Made by a program: the position numbers and the translations under genes. From positions 34,544 to 98,543 of the forward strand of contig JBBIRU010000010.1 of the NCBI GenBank assembly GCA_037441645.1: DNA of 64,000 nt, read 5' to 3'. Within the stretch, counting starts at the first letter, position 1. Every line of letters begins with the position of its first letter. The notes below the pieces were generated by a model. The model saw only the letters and a program-made list of their open reading frames with translations. It was not told the DNA's origin and did not search any database. This document shows positions 36,986-47,195 of the stretch, piece by piece. This DNA is from Bacteroidota bacterium (GTDB taxonomy: Bacteria; Bacteroidota; Bacteroidia; Bacteroidales; GWA2-32-17).

Positions 36986-37102
36986 TATATTTCTTTCATT
37001 TATGATAGTTTAATTTTTTAATATTCTTCCAATAATAAAGGCTAGAGCCAGGCAATAATGGCATGTAAAAGAGGATGTCTGCCCTGGTTTTAAAAGATAC
37101 TT

Positions 37103-37942
37103 TTATTCCCTGATAAGTTTCACTTTTCCGATAGCGCCGTCAATTTCGAGGTGTAAAGCATAATCTGCCTTTCCGAATGTGCTGTTAATATATTTGTTAC
37201 CTCTTTTAATAAAACCGTCTGCTTCTACCCCGCCCAACAGGCCGTTAACTTCTGCTTTAACATCCACTTCTTTCGGAAGATGTACTTCTATCTCTCCCAC
37301 TCCCCCGGCAATTTTTGCTTCCAGGTTATTTTTCCAGGTTCCGGTTAAATCAACTGTGGCTTTACCTGCCCCCACACTTATTTCCAGCTTGGGAACAGAG
37401 GTGTTTTTTAAGTTAATATTTACCTGCCCGGCCCCGAGTGCAAAATTGAAATCCAGGAGATTAAAATTTTCGAGATTAATATCACCTTTGCAGGCGCCTG
37501 CCTGTATTTCCATAGAGTATTTTTTTTCGGGATTCAGGCCGATGAACCAGCGACAGGTATCATTGTCGTTAAAATTTATATTATCAATCCTGTTTCTTGG
37601 TTCTATTGTTATATTTCCTGTGTCACCCTCTTCCGTATATAATATTTCAGGCTTCCATTCTTTGTTCGAAAATTTAAATTCTCCTTTCATAAATTCCTTT
37701 TCGGAAGACGAAACACGGATTCTGCCCGCCGGAAAAACAATTTTTGTAAAAATATGGGTGGCTTTACCGTATTCAATGGATTGCAGGAATAAGTTTGAAG
37801 TTTTACCCGTTGTATCGTTCAGGAGACTGTCGTCTTTCAGATCATTCTTAAAGTTTACTTTAACATCCGGCGACGGGATGCAACTGTGAAACAGTATTGC
37901 CGACAGAGCCACAATACATAAAAGATAATGGTTAGTTTTCAT
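37103..37942 (-). CDS. Lipoprotein with a toastrack-like (DUF4097/LiaF-C-like) beta-repeat domain
   Basis: Lipobox LFHSCIPS. The C-terminal half has repeated G-x-G strands (ALGAGQVNINL, SVGAGKATVDL, AGGVGEIEVHLP, DGAIGKVKL). The antisense ORF at 37179-37889 is Ser/Pro/Leu-rich and judged spurious. Confidence 0.5.
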   Translation of the reverse strand: MKTNHYLLCIVALSAILFHSCIPSPDVKVNFKNDLKDDSLLNDTTGKTSNLFLQSIEYGKATHIFTKIVFPAGRIRVSSSEKEFMKGEFKFSNKEWKPEILYTEEGDTGNITIEPRNRIDNINFNDNDTCRWFIGLNPEKKYSMEIQAGACKGDINLENFNLLDFNFALGAGQVNINLKNTSVPKLEISVGAGKATVDLTGTWKNNLEAKIAGGVGEIEVHLPKEVDVKAEVNGLLGGVEADGFIKRGNKYINSTFGKADYALHLEIDGAIGKVKLIRE

Positions 37943-38040
37943 AATAAGTATTTTAAAAATTCTTCCTAAAGACGATTACACGCCAATAAAGTTACAATTT
38001 TTAAAGTAAAAACTGTTTATGTCAATTCATTTCCAATCAT

Positions 38041-38048
38041 TACTTTTG
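38041..38048 (+). promoter_or_regulatory. -7 promoter box (TActTTTG)
   Basis: tacttttg lies 14 nt upstream of the ATG at 38063. Confidence 0.4.
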
Positions 38049-38062
38049 TAACCGTAAACTGC

Positions 38063-39166
38063 ATGGCTTCAAAAAATAAAATAACACCCTATAATAAATG
38101 GTTTAAAGACACTAACCCTGATTCTTTAATCATAGCCGGGCCATGCAGCGCCGAAACTGAAAAGCAGGTTCTGGCAACGGCTCATGAAATTGATTCCATT
38201 GGTAAAGTAACCGTTTTCAGAGCCGGTGTATGGAAACCCCGCACCCGCCCCGGAAGTTTTGAGGGAGCCGGGAACAAAGCATTAAAATGGTTGCAGAAAG
38301 TTCAGAAGGAAACTCATCTGAAAGTTGCCGTTGAAGTAGCCACACCCGAACATGTAAGAAGATGTATTGAAAGCGGTATTGATGTCTTATGGATTGGAGC
38401 CAGAACAACTTCTAACCCTTTTTCGATGCAGCAGGTAGCCGAGTCATTAACAAATTACAATAAGCCCGTACTTGTAAAAAACCCCATCAACCCTGACCTG
38501 GATCTTTGGATCGGGGCAATTGAACGCCTGCAGCAGCAAGGTGTTAAAAAGATCGGGGCCATTCACAGGGGATTCTATCCTTTTGAAAAGACCTCGCTAC
38601 GGAATATTCCCAAGTGGGAACTGGCCATTGAACTGAAAACACGAATGCCAAATCTTCCTGTAATATGCGATCCGAGCCATATTGCCGGCGACACCCGCCA
38701 CATTGAAGAAATTGCCCAGAAAGCCCTCGACCTGGCCTTTGACGGATTAATGATAGAAAGCCATATCTGCCCCAAAGAAGCTCTCAGCGATAAAAACCAA
38801 CAGCTTACCCCTGCAAAACTAAACATGTTGCTATCAAAACTACAGTTCAGGCAATTACTGGTTAACGACCACGATTTTATTGATCATCTCGACAGCCTGC
38901 GCGGAAAAATAGACTCCATTGACATGCAACTCCTGGAACTCCTGCTTCAGCGCATGAAAGTGGTGGAAGAACTGGGAATTTACAAATCGAATAACAACGT
39001 TTCCATTTTTCAGTTACGAAGGTGGAAACAGATTATTGAAACCCGCCTTGAATATGGCGTAAAATTAGGTTTAAGCAGGGATTTTATCAGAAAAATATTA
39101 CACCTGATTCATGATGAATCGATAAAAACCCAGGCAGAAGAAGTATATAAAATAAAGAATAAGTAA
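38063..39166 (+). CDS. Bifunctional 3-deoxy-7-phosphoheptulonate (DAHP) synthase / chorismate mutase
   Basis: The N-terminal roughly 270 aa are type I-beta DAHP synthase-like (IIAGPCSAE, FRAGVWKPRT, WIGARTT, DPSH). The C-terminal roughly 90 aa (LRGKIDSIDMQLLELLLQRMKVVEELGIYK) are AroQ-type chorismate mutase. Confidence 0.8.
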   Translation: MASKNKITPYNKWFKDTNPDSLIIAGPCSAETEKQVLATAHEIDSIGKVTVFRAGVWKPRTRPGSFEGAGNKALKWLQKVQKETHLKVAVEVATPEHVRRCIESGIDVLWIGARTTSNPFSMQQVAESLTNYNKPVLVKNPINPDLDLWIGAIERLQQQGVKKIGAIHRGFYPFEKTSLRNIPKWELAIELKTRMPNLPVICDPSHIAGDTRHIEEIAQKALDLAFDGLMIESHICPKEALSDKNQQLTPAKLNMLLSKLQFRQLLVNDHDFIDHLDSLRGKIDSIDMQLLELLLQRMKVVEELGIYKSNNNVSIFQLRRWKQIIETRLEYGVKLGLSRDFIRKILHLIHDESIKTQAEEVYKIKNK

Positions 39167-39210
39167 GCTTCTGATTGTAAGAAACTACTTATTATACGTC
39201 CGGTTAAAAT

Positions 39211-39465
39211 TTATTTAATTTCTTTTACAGTAAATTCAAAACTCTCCATTATAGGATTGGTAAGCATCTTTTTACAGGCATCCTCTATATTTGTTTCCGC
39301 CTCTTTTTTAGTTTTAGCTTCCAGTTCGATGGTAATATGTTTGCCAATTCTTACATCGTTTACAGTTTTATAACCAATGTTATTCATGCTTTGAAGAACA
39401 GCCTTTCCCTGGGGATCGAGAAGAGCTTTTAATGGCATTACATTTATTTCGGCAAGAAATTTCAT
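39211..39465 (-). CDS. purS: Phosphoribosylformylglycinamidine synthase subunit PurS
   Basis: 84 aa from the ATG at 39465. MKFLAEINVMPLKALLDPQGKAV...VRIGKHITIELEA fits PurS. The track start at 39474 is TTG. Confidence 0.85.
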   Translation of the reverse strand: MKFLAEINVMPLKALLDPQGKAVLQSMNNIGYKTVNDVRIGKHITIELEAKTKKEAETNIEDACKKMLTNPIMESFEFTVKEIK

Positions 39466-39786
39466 ATATATCAAATTGATTTACAGATTAATAAATAAAT
39501 TCATTGAAAACGTTAAAGATAAATATTTAAAGAAACTTTGCTTAGAATTAAGTTTAAATTTTATTGATTTTTATAAACAGGCATCCCATTATTCTTTGAA
39601 AAAGAGAAACTAAATACTCCGCATCGGCGAATGGAATCAGGAGAAAAGGTGTAAGAGGGATAAGGGACATAAAGGATATAGTGTAAAACAGGGAACTTAC
39701 ATGTACCCATTCCTTTTTCTTCTATTTTCTTTATGCCTATTTTTATGCTCTTAAAATGTATAAATTTACCATGTTTTCAGAATAAT

Positions 39787-40905
39787 ATGAAAAATCCGCT
39801 TTCAAACCAAAAATACAAGCAAAGAAAAATTCACAAAGAATACCCTATCCGCGGAGAATATTTCCGCGATCAGACTGCCATTCTGCATTCCATGGAATTC
39901 CGCAGACTGAAACATAAAACACAGGTTTTCTTTGCTCCTGAAAACGACCATGTATGTACCCGGATAGAACATGTATTGCATGTTGCAACTATTGCAGCTT
40001 CTATTTGCAAGGGCTTGAATAAATATGGCTGGGAGCTTGATCCGGAGCTGGCTTATGCTATCGGGCTCGGACATGATTTAGGCCATGCGCCATTCGGGCA
40101 TACCGGCGAAGATGCCTTATGCGAAATATTAGGCTCTCCGAAAGCATTTATTCATGAAATTCACAGCTATAAAGTGGCGGAGCATTTATCGCAGGATGGA
40201 AACGGCATGAATCTTACCTATGCTGTACTGGACGGAATAATTTGCCACTGTGGTGAAAGGTTTGAACAATCACTGTCGCCATCGCCTCTTGAAAAGAACC
40301 TCGATTCCATTGCCTCCCGGGCAGAGATTCCGAATACTTTCGAGGGCTGCATTATTCGTTTTGCTGATAAAATCGCCTACCTGGGCCGTGATCTGGAAGA
40401 TGCTTTTATGGTAGAAAATTTTATTGACGTTAAAAATATTCCTCCTCATATTGAGAAAAAACTAGGAAATAAAAACGGAGATATTATAAATCACCTGGTA
40501 CTCGATCTGATAGAAAATTCCAAAAACTTAAATGAGATAAAATTCTCCGATGAATACTACGAATTGATGAAAAATTTAAAAACCTTTAACTATTCGCACA
40601 TTTACAATCATCCGCTAATGCTCGAATACAGAGTATATTGCAAAGAAATTATTAAAACATTGTTTCATCATTTCCACGATTTAATCGGGAAGATCGGAAA
40701 TGACTTCCGGAAGTATGCTTCTCAAAACCTGAAAATCGACAGAACCTTTGGAATTTACTTTGAAAGAATGCAGAATTATATGGTAAAAGCCGGGTGCTCT
40801 ACTGAACAAATCATTTCGTATTATATTGCCGGGATGACAGACCAGTATGCCATGGATGCCATGAAGCAGATATGTATTCCAAAACCCATTACATTTATTA
40901 AGTAA
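39787..40905 (+). CDS. dGTPase-like HD-domain triphosphohydrolase
   Basis: FRRLKHKTQVF, RIEHVLHVA and GLGHDLGHAPFGHTGE are dNTP triphosphohydrolase HD motifs. The ATG at 39787 (MKNPLSNQ) is preferred over 39733. Confidence 0.8.
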   Translation: MKNPLSNQKYKQRKIHKEYPIRGEYFRDQTAILHSMEFRRLKHKTQVFFAPENDHVCTRIEHVLHVATIAASICKGLNKYGWELDPELAYAIGLGHDLGHAPFGHTGEDALCEILGSPKAFIHEIHSYKVAEHLSQDGNGMNLTYAVLDGIICHCGERFEQSLSPSPLEKNLDSIASRAEIPNTFEGCIIRFADKIAYLGRDLEDAFMVENFIDVKNIPPHIEKKLGNKNGDIINHLVLDLIENSKNLNEIKFSDEYYELMKNLKTFNYSHIYNHPLMLEYRVYCKEIIKTLFHHFHDLIGKIGNDFRKYASQNLKIDRTFGIYFERMQNYMVKAGCSTEQIISYYIAGMTDQYAMDAMKQICIPKPITFIK

Positions 40906-41592
40906 TCAGAATTCAGCGATTACCGTTTTATTGCCTTTTACTTTCTGATTAAGCTGTACATTTACTTTTGCATGCGGGGGAAGAAAAATATCTACCCGTG
41001 ATCCGAATTTAATTATTCCGACCTGCTCTCCCTGTTTATATTCCTTACCGGCTGTAACATAAGAAACGATTCTGCGGGCCAGTTTCCCTGCTATCTGTCG
41101 CATAAGAATTTCAATATTACCAGAAGTTTTAAAAACGGTTGTAAATCGTTCATTTTCTTCAGATGCTTTCGGTTTCCATGCCACAAAATTGTTTCCTGGA
41201 TGATATTTAAGATACTCCACCAAACCTGTAACCGGCGCCCAGTTAACATGAACATTCAGAGGCGACATAAAAATAGAGACCTGGGTACGATAATCATTAA
41301 AGTATTCTTTCTCGAATGTTTGCTCAATAACAACGACTTTTCCATCAGCAGGGGCTATAATTTTATTATTGTCTATCTCAATAATTCTTTTCGGAACCCT
41401 GAAAAACAAAATAATAAGAATAAATAAAACACCTGAGATGACTGTAAACAACAGGGAAAAAATAAAATGGTTTTCAATAAAATAATGAATACAGAAGTTT
41501 GAAATAATAAATAAAACCCCCACTGTAAGGATTATCTGGAATCCTTCTTTATGAATCAATGCATTGGACGGGCCTTTGGTTCTGTTATTCAT
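40906..41592 (-). CDS. psd: Phosphatidylserine decarboxylase (short form proenzyme)
   Basis: 228 aa with N-terminal TM helices. KFGSRVDIFLP contains the G-S self-cleavage site. Confidence 0.85.
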   Translation of the reverse strand: MNNRTKGPSNALIHKEGFQIILTVGVLFIISNFCIHYFIENHFIFSLLFTVISGVLFILIILFFRVPKRIIEIDNNKIIAPADGKVVVIEQTFEKEYFNDYRTQVSIFMSPLNVHVNWAPVTGLVEYLKYHPGNNFVAWKPKASEENERFTTVFKTSGNIEILMRQIAGKLARRIVSYVTAGKEYKQGEQVGIIKFGSRVDIFLPPHAKVNVQLNQKVKGNKTVIAEF

Positions 41593-41612
41593 TAACGTTT
41601 TAACAAATTAAT

Positions 41613-42518
41613 TTAAAAACAACTTTGCAAATATACAAAAGCAATCGGAGCTGCAATCAATACGCTGTCAAATCGGTCTAACACACCACCATGGCCAGGC
41701 AATAAATTTCCGGAATCTTTTATATTGAGACTTCTTTTATATAATGATTCAACCAGATCGCCATAAGTTGAAGTTATTACAACTATTGCACCTAAAACCA
41801 TCCAGTTATACCACGATAAATGAGAAAACAACAGGGGAAGAAAAAAAGAAAGTCCAATAGTAAAAACAGTACCACCAATGGCGCCTTCCCAAGATTTTTT
41901 TGGTGAAACCCGCTCAAAAAGGCGATGTTTTCCGATCCACACTCCAAAAATATAGGCAAAAGTATCATATAACCATATTTGTATAAAAAAACCAAGTAAT
42001 AAATAAGGTGTATATACAATAGTCTTACCCGGATTTAAAATACTCATCAGGTCAACTGCATTATTAACAATATCGGTTGTTTCATCCATTTTAGAAGGAT
42101 CAAGAACATCAATCCCGTTATGAAAAACAAAATAATTCAACAACGAAAAAGGAACTGCTATATAGATAATTCCTAAAAATGTAAAAGCAACACTGGTAAA
42201 TGGATATTTATGAAACAAATACAATTCATTAATCAGAAAAAAGACAAGAATGGGAATAAAAATAATGAAGAATTTAAGGTCAATAAAATCTACAGCATAC
42301 AAGAAATTGAAGGTGAATAACAGCCATCCTGTAAAGATCCCTAACCATTTCTGTGGCTGAGCTTTTGCAATAGTCGACAAATTATAAAATTCCAGCTGGG
42401 ATAAAATTAATATGATACTGAAAATCAAATAAAATGTAATACTGCCAAGAATAATTGCTCCTACTAAAACCAACAGGAATACAATTCCGGTAAATGTCCG
42501 TGTGGTTAAATTATTCAA
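41613..42518 (-). CDS. cdsA: Phosphatidate cytidylyltransferase
   Basis: Polytopic, with the signature SLYKRSLNIKDSGNLLPGHGGVLDRFDS. The only in-frame start near the N-terminus is TTG at 42518. Confidence 0.9.
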   Translation of the reverse strand: MNNLTTRTFTGIVFLLVLVGAIILGSITFYLIFSIILILSQLEFYNLSTIAKAQPQKWLGIFTGWLLFTFNFLYAVDFIDLKFFIIFIPILVFFLINELYLFHKYPFTSVAFTFLGIIYIAVPFSLLNYFVFHNGIDVLDPSKMDETTDIVNNAVDLMSILNPGKTIVYTPYLLLGFFIQIWLYDTFAYIFGVWIGKHRLFERVSPKKSWEGAIGGTVFTIGLSFFLPLLFSHLSWYNWMVLGAIVVITSTYGDLVESLYKRSLNIKDSGNLLPGHGGVLDRFDSVLIAAPIAFVYLQSCF

Positions 42519-42717
42519 TATTCAGTCCTTTTAAGATGGAACGTGCGTTACCAAGTTCGTTCATATCAACAAACAGTTCGTATTCACCAACAAACACATT
42601 GTCTTCATTCTTATTTTCAAGAATAGACTTGATTTTTTCTTTTTTCAGAATTGACTTAGCTTTTTTACATATTTTTTCATCAGGTGATGAAAAAACCAAT
42701 ACCCAGTTTTCTTCCAT
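42511..42717 (-). CDS. Small DUF2007-like protein
   Basis: 68 aa. WVLVFSSPDEKICKKAKSILKKEKI...ELFVDMNELGNARSIL resembles the putative signal-transducing DUF2007 fold. It is wedged between ftsH and cdsA and overlaps cdsA by 8 nt. Confidence 0.55.
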   Translation of the reverse strand: MEENWVLVFSSPDEKICKKAKSILKKEKIKSILENKNEDNVFVGEYELFVDMNELGNARSILKGLNIE

Positions 42718-42720
42718 AAA

Positions 42721-44727
42721 TTAAAAATTTACTTCACTCTTTTTGTCAGTATTATCCGGCTTGTTTGTATCACCAATTGTATTATGATTCTCCGAAACCG
42801 GATTCTCAGCATCTCCTGATTTATTTTCCTTATTGTCAATGCGTTCATCGATTACGAATAGCCGTTTTCCGAAAATCTCCTCGAGGTCGTCGCTGAAAAT
42901 CACTTCTTTTTCAAGTAATAAATTTCCCAATTTCTCCAGACCATCTTTATGATCCAGTAAAAGTTGTTTTGCTCTCTGATATTGTTCTTCTACTATTCTT
43001 TTAGCTTCGGTATCTATTACCTCGGAAGTTTTCTCACTATAAGGTTTGACAAAGGAATAATCATTTTGACCCGATGAATCGTAATAACTGATATTTCCAA
43101 CTACTTCGCTCATTCCGTAAAAGGCCACAAGGGCATAAGCTTGTTTGGTAACTCTTTCCAGGTCGTTTAATGCACCTGTGGATACTTTATTAAAGGTAAT
43201 TTCTTCTGATGCCCTGCCTCCCAGAGTAGCACATAATTCATCCATAATCTGTTCGCGGGTAGTAATTTGTCTTTCTTCGGGCAAATACCAGGCAGCTCCC
43301 AACGATTTACCCCGCGGAATAATGGTAACTTTTACCAAGGGATTGGCAAATTCCAATAGCCAGCTTACAGTGGCATGCCCGGCTTCATGATAGGCAATGG
43401 TCTTTTTCTCTTTGAAAGTTATTATTTTGGTTCTTTTCTCCAAACCTCCGATAATCCTGTCGATGGCATCAAGAAAGTCCTGCTTTGAAACCACTTTTTT
43501 ATCCGTGCGGGCAGCTATCAGTGCCGCTTCGTTACATACATTGGCTATATCGGCGCCGCTAAATCCGGGAGTTTGTTTTGACAGAAATTCAATATCCAGT
43601 TCCGGATCTTTTTTCAAAGGTTTTAAATGCACCTTAAAGATTTCGCTTCTTTCGTTCAGATCGGGCAATTCAACATGAATCTGCCGGTCGAAACGGCCGG
43701 CACGCACCAGAGCCCTGTCAAGAATTTCAGCACGATTAGTAGCGGCTAAAATAATAACACCGGAATTTGAATCAAATCCATCCATTTCGGTAAGTAGCTG
43801 ATTGAGAGTATTTTCTCTTTCGTCATTTGAACCAAAATTGGAATTCTTGCCCCTGGCTCTTCCAATGGCATCAATTTCGTCAATAAAAACGATACAGGGG
43901 GCTTTTTCTTTAGCTTGTTTAAAAAGGTCCCTGACCCTCGAAGCTCCTACTCCCACAAACATTTCAACAAAATCTGATCCCGAAAGAGAAAAGAACGGAA
44001 CGTTAGCTTCACCGGCCACTGCCTTTGCCAGTAATGTTTTACCGGTTCCCGGAGGACCTACTAATAATGCACCCTTAGGAATCTTACCTCCCAATTCGGT
44101 ATATTTTTTCGGATTCTTTAAAAAATCAACTATTTCGCGGATTTCAATTTTCGCTTCTTCCAATCCGGCAACGTCCTTAAAATCAATTTTTATAGTCGAT
44201 TCCTTATCAAATATTTTTGCCCTTGATTTGCCAATACTGAATATCTGGCTTCCTCCTGCACCACCCGACATTCTGCGAAAAATAAATATCCAGATAGCAA
44301 TGATTATTACTAATGGCAGAAGCCAGCTTAATAAATCCCCAAAAACATCCTTACGATTCTCATAATCAGGTTTTAATTTTTCGGGTAAATCTTTCTGAAT
44401 TTCGGTCAGTTGGTTTTCAAAAACCTCAGGAGAGCCTATGTTAAAAGAATACTGAGGGCCTTTTTTTGAAAGTGCATTATATTTCTCATCACTTAATTTT
44501 TCCTTTTTAATATAGACTTCAACCTTTTCATTATTAACTATAAGTACACGTGCAACGTCGCCTGCTTTTACCATTTCCTCGAACTTGGTTCTGTCGATAA
44601 CTTTTACCGAACTTCCAAAATCATAAAAATTAAGCCCTATAAAAATTACTAAAATCAGACCATAAACCCAATATATATTAAATTTAGGTTTCAATTTTTG
44701 ATTTTTCTTTAAATTATTATCTTCCAT
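42721..44727 (-). CDS. ftsH: ATP-dependent zinc metalloprotease FtsH
   Basis: Walker [14 protein letters not shown], Walker [33 protein letters not shown], and zinc site HEAGHA. The ATG at 44727 is preferred over the GTG at 44730. Confidence 0.95.
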   Translation of the reverse strand: MEDNNLKKNQKLKPKFNIYWVYGLILVIFIGLNFYDFGSSVKVIDRTKFEEMVKAGDVARVLIVNNEKVEVYIKKEKLSDEKYNALSKKGPQYSFNIGSPEVFENQLTEIQKDLPEKLKPDYENRKDVFGDLLSWLLPLVIIIAIWIFIFRRMSGGAGGSQIFSIGKSRAKIFDKESTIKIDFKDVAGLEEAKIEIREIVDFLKNPKKYTELGGKIPKGALLVGPPGTGKTLLAKAVAGEANVPFFSLSGSDFVEMFVGVGASRVRDLFKQAKEKAPCIVFIDEIDAIGRARGKNSNFGSNDERENTLNQLLTEMDGFDSNSGVIILAATNRAEILDRALVRAGRFDRQIHVELPDLNERSEIFKVHLKPLKKDPELDIEFLSKQTPGFSGADIANVCNEAALIAARTDKKVVSKQDFLDAIDRIIGGLEKRTKIITFKEKKTIAYHEAGHATVSWLLEFANPLVKVTIIPRGKSLGAAWYLPEERQITTREQIMDELCATLGGRASEEITFNKVSTGALNDLERVTKQAYALVAFYGMSEVVGNISYYDSSGQNDYSFVKPYSEKTSEVIDTEAKRIVEEQYQRAKQLLLDHKDGLEKLGNLLLEKEVIFSDDLEEIFGKRLFVIDERIDNKENKSGDAENPVSENHNTIGDTNKPDNTDKKSEVNF

Positions 44728-44745
44728 CACTTTCTAACAAATTAA

Positions 44746-45144
44746 TTAATCCATAACTTCAATATTGTGTTTCGATATTTTTGCATCTGCCCACAATCCT
44801 TCCAGGTTATAATATTCTCTGTATTGGGTTTGCATAATATGGACAACTACGGAAACATAATCTAAAAGCACCCATTGAGCATTACTGATTCCTTCTTTTG
44901 AAAATGGTTTTTCAGATAAAAATACTTTAACGTTTTCTTCTATTCCACGGGTAATAGATTGCACATGAACTCCTGAATCGGCATTACAAATAACAAAATA
45001 ATCGCTTACCCTGCTGGATAACTTACGCAAATCTATGGAAATAATGTCCTTACCTCTTTTTTCTTTAGCAGCATCTATTATTATATCCAGCAATGATACC
45101 TTCTTAACAACTTTCTTGGTTTTTCTTGTTTTCTTTTCAGTCAT
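44746..45144 (-). CDS. rsfS: Ribosome silencing factor RsfS
   Basis: 132 aa. DYFVICNADS and WVLLDYVSVVVHIMQTQYREYYNLEGLW are the iojap/RsfS pattern. Confidence 0.88.
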   Translation of the reverse strand: MTEKKTRKTKKVVKKVSLLDIIIDAAKEKRGKDIISIDLRKLSSRVSDYFVICNADSGVHVQSITRGIEENVKVFLSEKPFSKEGISNAQWVLLDYVSVVVHIMQTQYREYYNLEGLWADAKISKHNIEVMD

Positions 45145-45162
45145 ATTACCCTTAAATTATTG

Positions 45163-45170
45163 CAAAGGTA
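45163..45170 (-). promoter_or_regulatory. -7 promoter box (TAccTTTG on the minus strand) upstream of rsfS
   Basis: The + strand caaaggta is the reverse complement of tacctttg. It lies 18 nt upstream of the ATG at 45144. Confidence 0.4.
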
Positions 45171-45346
45171 ATTATTAATTCGGGATTTTTACAAAACATT
45201 CAAATGCCCGCTACAAAGATGAATTAAAGATAAAATTCATTCATCATTTTCGGTGTTTTTTAATAATTATTTACATAACTTTATGCCTTCATTTCAAAAA
45301 AATAACAAATTAATAGTATCAGTTTAACTTTCAAAACAAAACAATA

Positions 45347-47191
45347 ATGAGTGACAATAAAAAAGTTGTTGAATTAGATGCTGCTGTAGTTAAGTTTGTT
45401 GGCGATTCGGGCGATGGAATGCAACTTTCCGGTACCCTGTTTGCCGATACGGCAGCTTATGATGGAAATGACCTTACTACTTTTCCGGATTATCCTGCCG
45501 AAATAAGGGCTCCGCAAAATACCATAGCTGGTGTTTCCGGGTTTCAGATTCATTTCGGAAGTAAAAAAATTCTAACCTTCGGAGATCTTTGCGATACCCT
45601 GGTAGCGCTAAATCCTGCTTCACTGAAGTCAAATATGAAATGGACCAAAAAAGAAACCATTATCATTACCGACTCGGAAGCATATGATGATGCCGCCCTA
45701 GAGAAGTCAGGATACAAATCAAATCCCCTTACCGATGGCAGTATTGCAAGTTATAAAATCATTTCTGCTCCGTTCACTACCTTAATTAAAGAGTGTGTAA
45801 AAAGTCTCAATATTGATGTAAAGACTACCTATAAGAGCAGAAATATGTTTGCATTAGGTATTGCTTTAAGGCTATACGGGAAAAAACTCGATTTTTCATT
45901 TCATTACCTGGAAAAGAAATTTGCAAAGAAACCACAAATTATTGATATGAATAAAATGGTTCTTCAGGCCGGGTATGATTATGCGTCTAATTACCCTGAA
46001 CTGGAAAAAACATTTTCAGTTCCTTCTGCCCGCATGCAAAAAGGCCGTTACCGTAACATTACCGGGAACGTTGCTACAGCCTGGGGATTGTTAGCTGCTT
46101 CCGAAAGATCAGAAAGACCGTTATTTCTGGGTTCCTATCCTATTACCCCGGCCACTGAAATATTAATGGAACTGGCAAAGCATAAATCGCTCGGAGCAAG
46201 AGTTTTTCAGGCCGAAGATGAAATAGCCGGGATATGTTCAGCCATTGGCGCCAGTTTCACAGGATCTATGGCTTGTACCACTACTTCAGGCCCGGGGCTT
46301 TCATTAAAAACGGAAGCATTAGGATTAGCTGTTATTACTGAATTACCTTTGGTTATTGTAGATGTTCAAAGAGGAGGACCTTCAACAGGTTTACCAACCA
46401 AATCGGAACAGGCTGATTTATTCCAGGCTTTGTACGGAAGAAACGGCGAAGCTCCCCTTGTTGTTATGGCTGCCTCTTCACCTGTTGATTGTTTCTACAG
46501 CGCTTTTGAAGCATCAAAAATCAGCCTGGAACACATGACCCCCGTTATATTATTAACCGACGGATCATTGGGAAACGGGTCTGAACTTTTTAAAGTTCCT
46601 GACGTCAACACCATGGCAAAAATAAAACCTCCGATGGCAAAAGCTAATGATAAAACATATAAACCATATAAACGGAACGAAAAAACACTGGCACGTGAAT
46701 GGGCTATTCCGGGAACTGAAGGATTACGTCACAGGGTTGGTGGTTTAGAGAAAGAAGATGGCATTGGTACGGTTTCTATGGATCCTGAAAACCATGCACT
46801 AATGGTAGGATTAAGGGCCGAAAAAGTACAACGTGTAGCTGATTTTATTGAACCACAGGAAGTATTTGGAGAAAAGGAAGGCGATTTACTCGTTGTCAGC
46901 TGGGGTGGAACCAAAGGTGTTATCAGGGAATCTGTTATTGAGATGCAGAAAGAAGGTAAAAAAGTAAGCCATGCCCACTTCAGGTATATACTTCCTTTGC
47001 CTAAGAACACTGCTGAAGTTTTTGGAAAATTCAAAAAAATTATTGTTTGCGAATTAAATAGTGGACAATTTGTTAGCTATTTACGTTCTACCTTCCCTCA
47101 ATTCACTTATCAACAGGCAAATAAAGTTCAGTCTTTGCCTTTTATGATTGATGAAATAAAAGAAAAATATTATAATTTACTGGAGGCATAA
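45347..47191 (+). CDS. korA: 2-oxoglutarate/2-oxoacid:ferredoxin oxidoreductase, alpha subunit
   Basis: 614 aa. FVGDSGDGMQLSG, GSYPITPATE and GPGLSLK motifs. Paired with the beta subunit 4 nt downstream. Confidence 0.85.
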   Translation: MSDNKKVVELDAAVVKFVGDSGDGMQLSGTLFADTAAYDGNDLTTFPDYPAEIRAPQNTIAGVSGFQIHFGSKKILTFGDLCDTLVALNPASLKSNMKWTKKETIIITDSEAYDDAALEKSGYKSNPLTDGSIASYKIISAPFTTLIKECVKSLNIDVKTTYKSRNMFALGIALRLYGKKLDFSFHYLEKKFAKKPQIIDMNKMVLQAGYDYASNYPELEKTFSVPSARMQKGRYRNITGNVATAWGLLAASERSERPLFLGSYPITPATEILMELAKHKSLGARVFQAEDEIAGICSAIGASFTGSMACTTTSGPGLSLKTEALGLAVITELPLVIVDVQRGGPSTGLPTKSEQADLFQALYGRNGEAPLVVMAASSPVDCFYSAFEASKISLEHMTPVILLTDGSLGNGSELFKVPDVNTMAKIKPPMAKANDKTYKPYKRNEKTLAREWAIPGTEGLRHRVGGLEKEDGIGTVSMDPENHALMVGLRAEKVQRVADFIEPQEVFGEKEGDLLVVSWGGTKGVIRESVIEMQKEGKKVSHAHFRYILPLPKNTAEVFGKFKKIIVCELNSGQFVSYLRSTFPQFTYQQANKVQSLPFMIDEIKEKYYNLLEA

Positions 47192-47195
47192 AAAC

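Noticed and set aside
36961-37102. Lysine riboswitch or attenuator upstream of lysC
   Set aside because: Only 142 nt are available, and a promoter box sits 17 nt from the ATG. I could not find the conserved L-box helices. The single imperfect hairpin (about 37046-37090) is more simply a terminator-like structure for the upstream gene.
37179-37889. 236-aa + strand ORF overlapping the toastrack-like lipoprotein gene
   Set aside because: It is Ser/Pro/Leu/Phe-rich and low-complexity, with no signal or motif. The opposite strand encodes a protein with a lipobox and a regular beta-repeat pattern. This is a typical antisense shadow ORF.
42511-42518. TTG start codons (cdsA, cdaA and several track ORFs) as a sign of pseudogenes or frameshifts
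   Set aside because: For most ORFs an ATG 2-4 codons downstream gives a better N-terminus, so the TTG is only an extension in the track. For cdsA and cdaA the proteins are full-length and motif-complete, so a genuine non-ATG start is the simpler reading.
43802-44365. 187-aa + strand ORF (and others at 43145-43678)
   Set aside because: It is antisense to the unmistakable ftsH AAA+ domain.
47182-47186. GGAGG 9 nt upstream of the korB start as a Shine-Dalgarno sequence
   Set aside because: It lies inside the last codons of korA (CTG GAG GCA), so it may be only coding sequence. It cannot be separated from chance.
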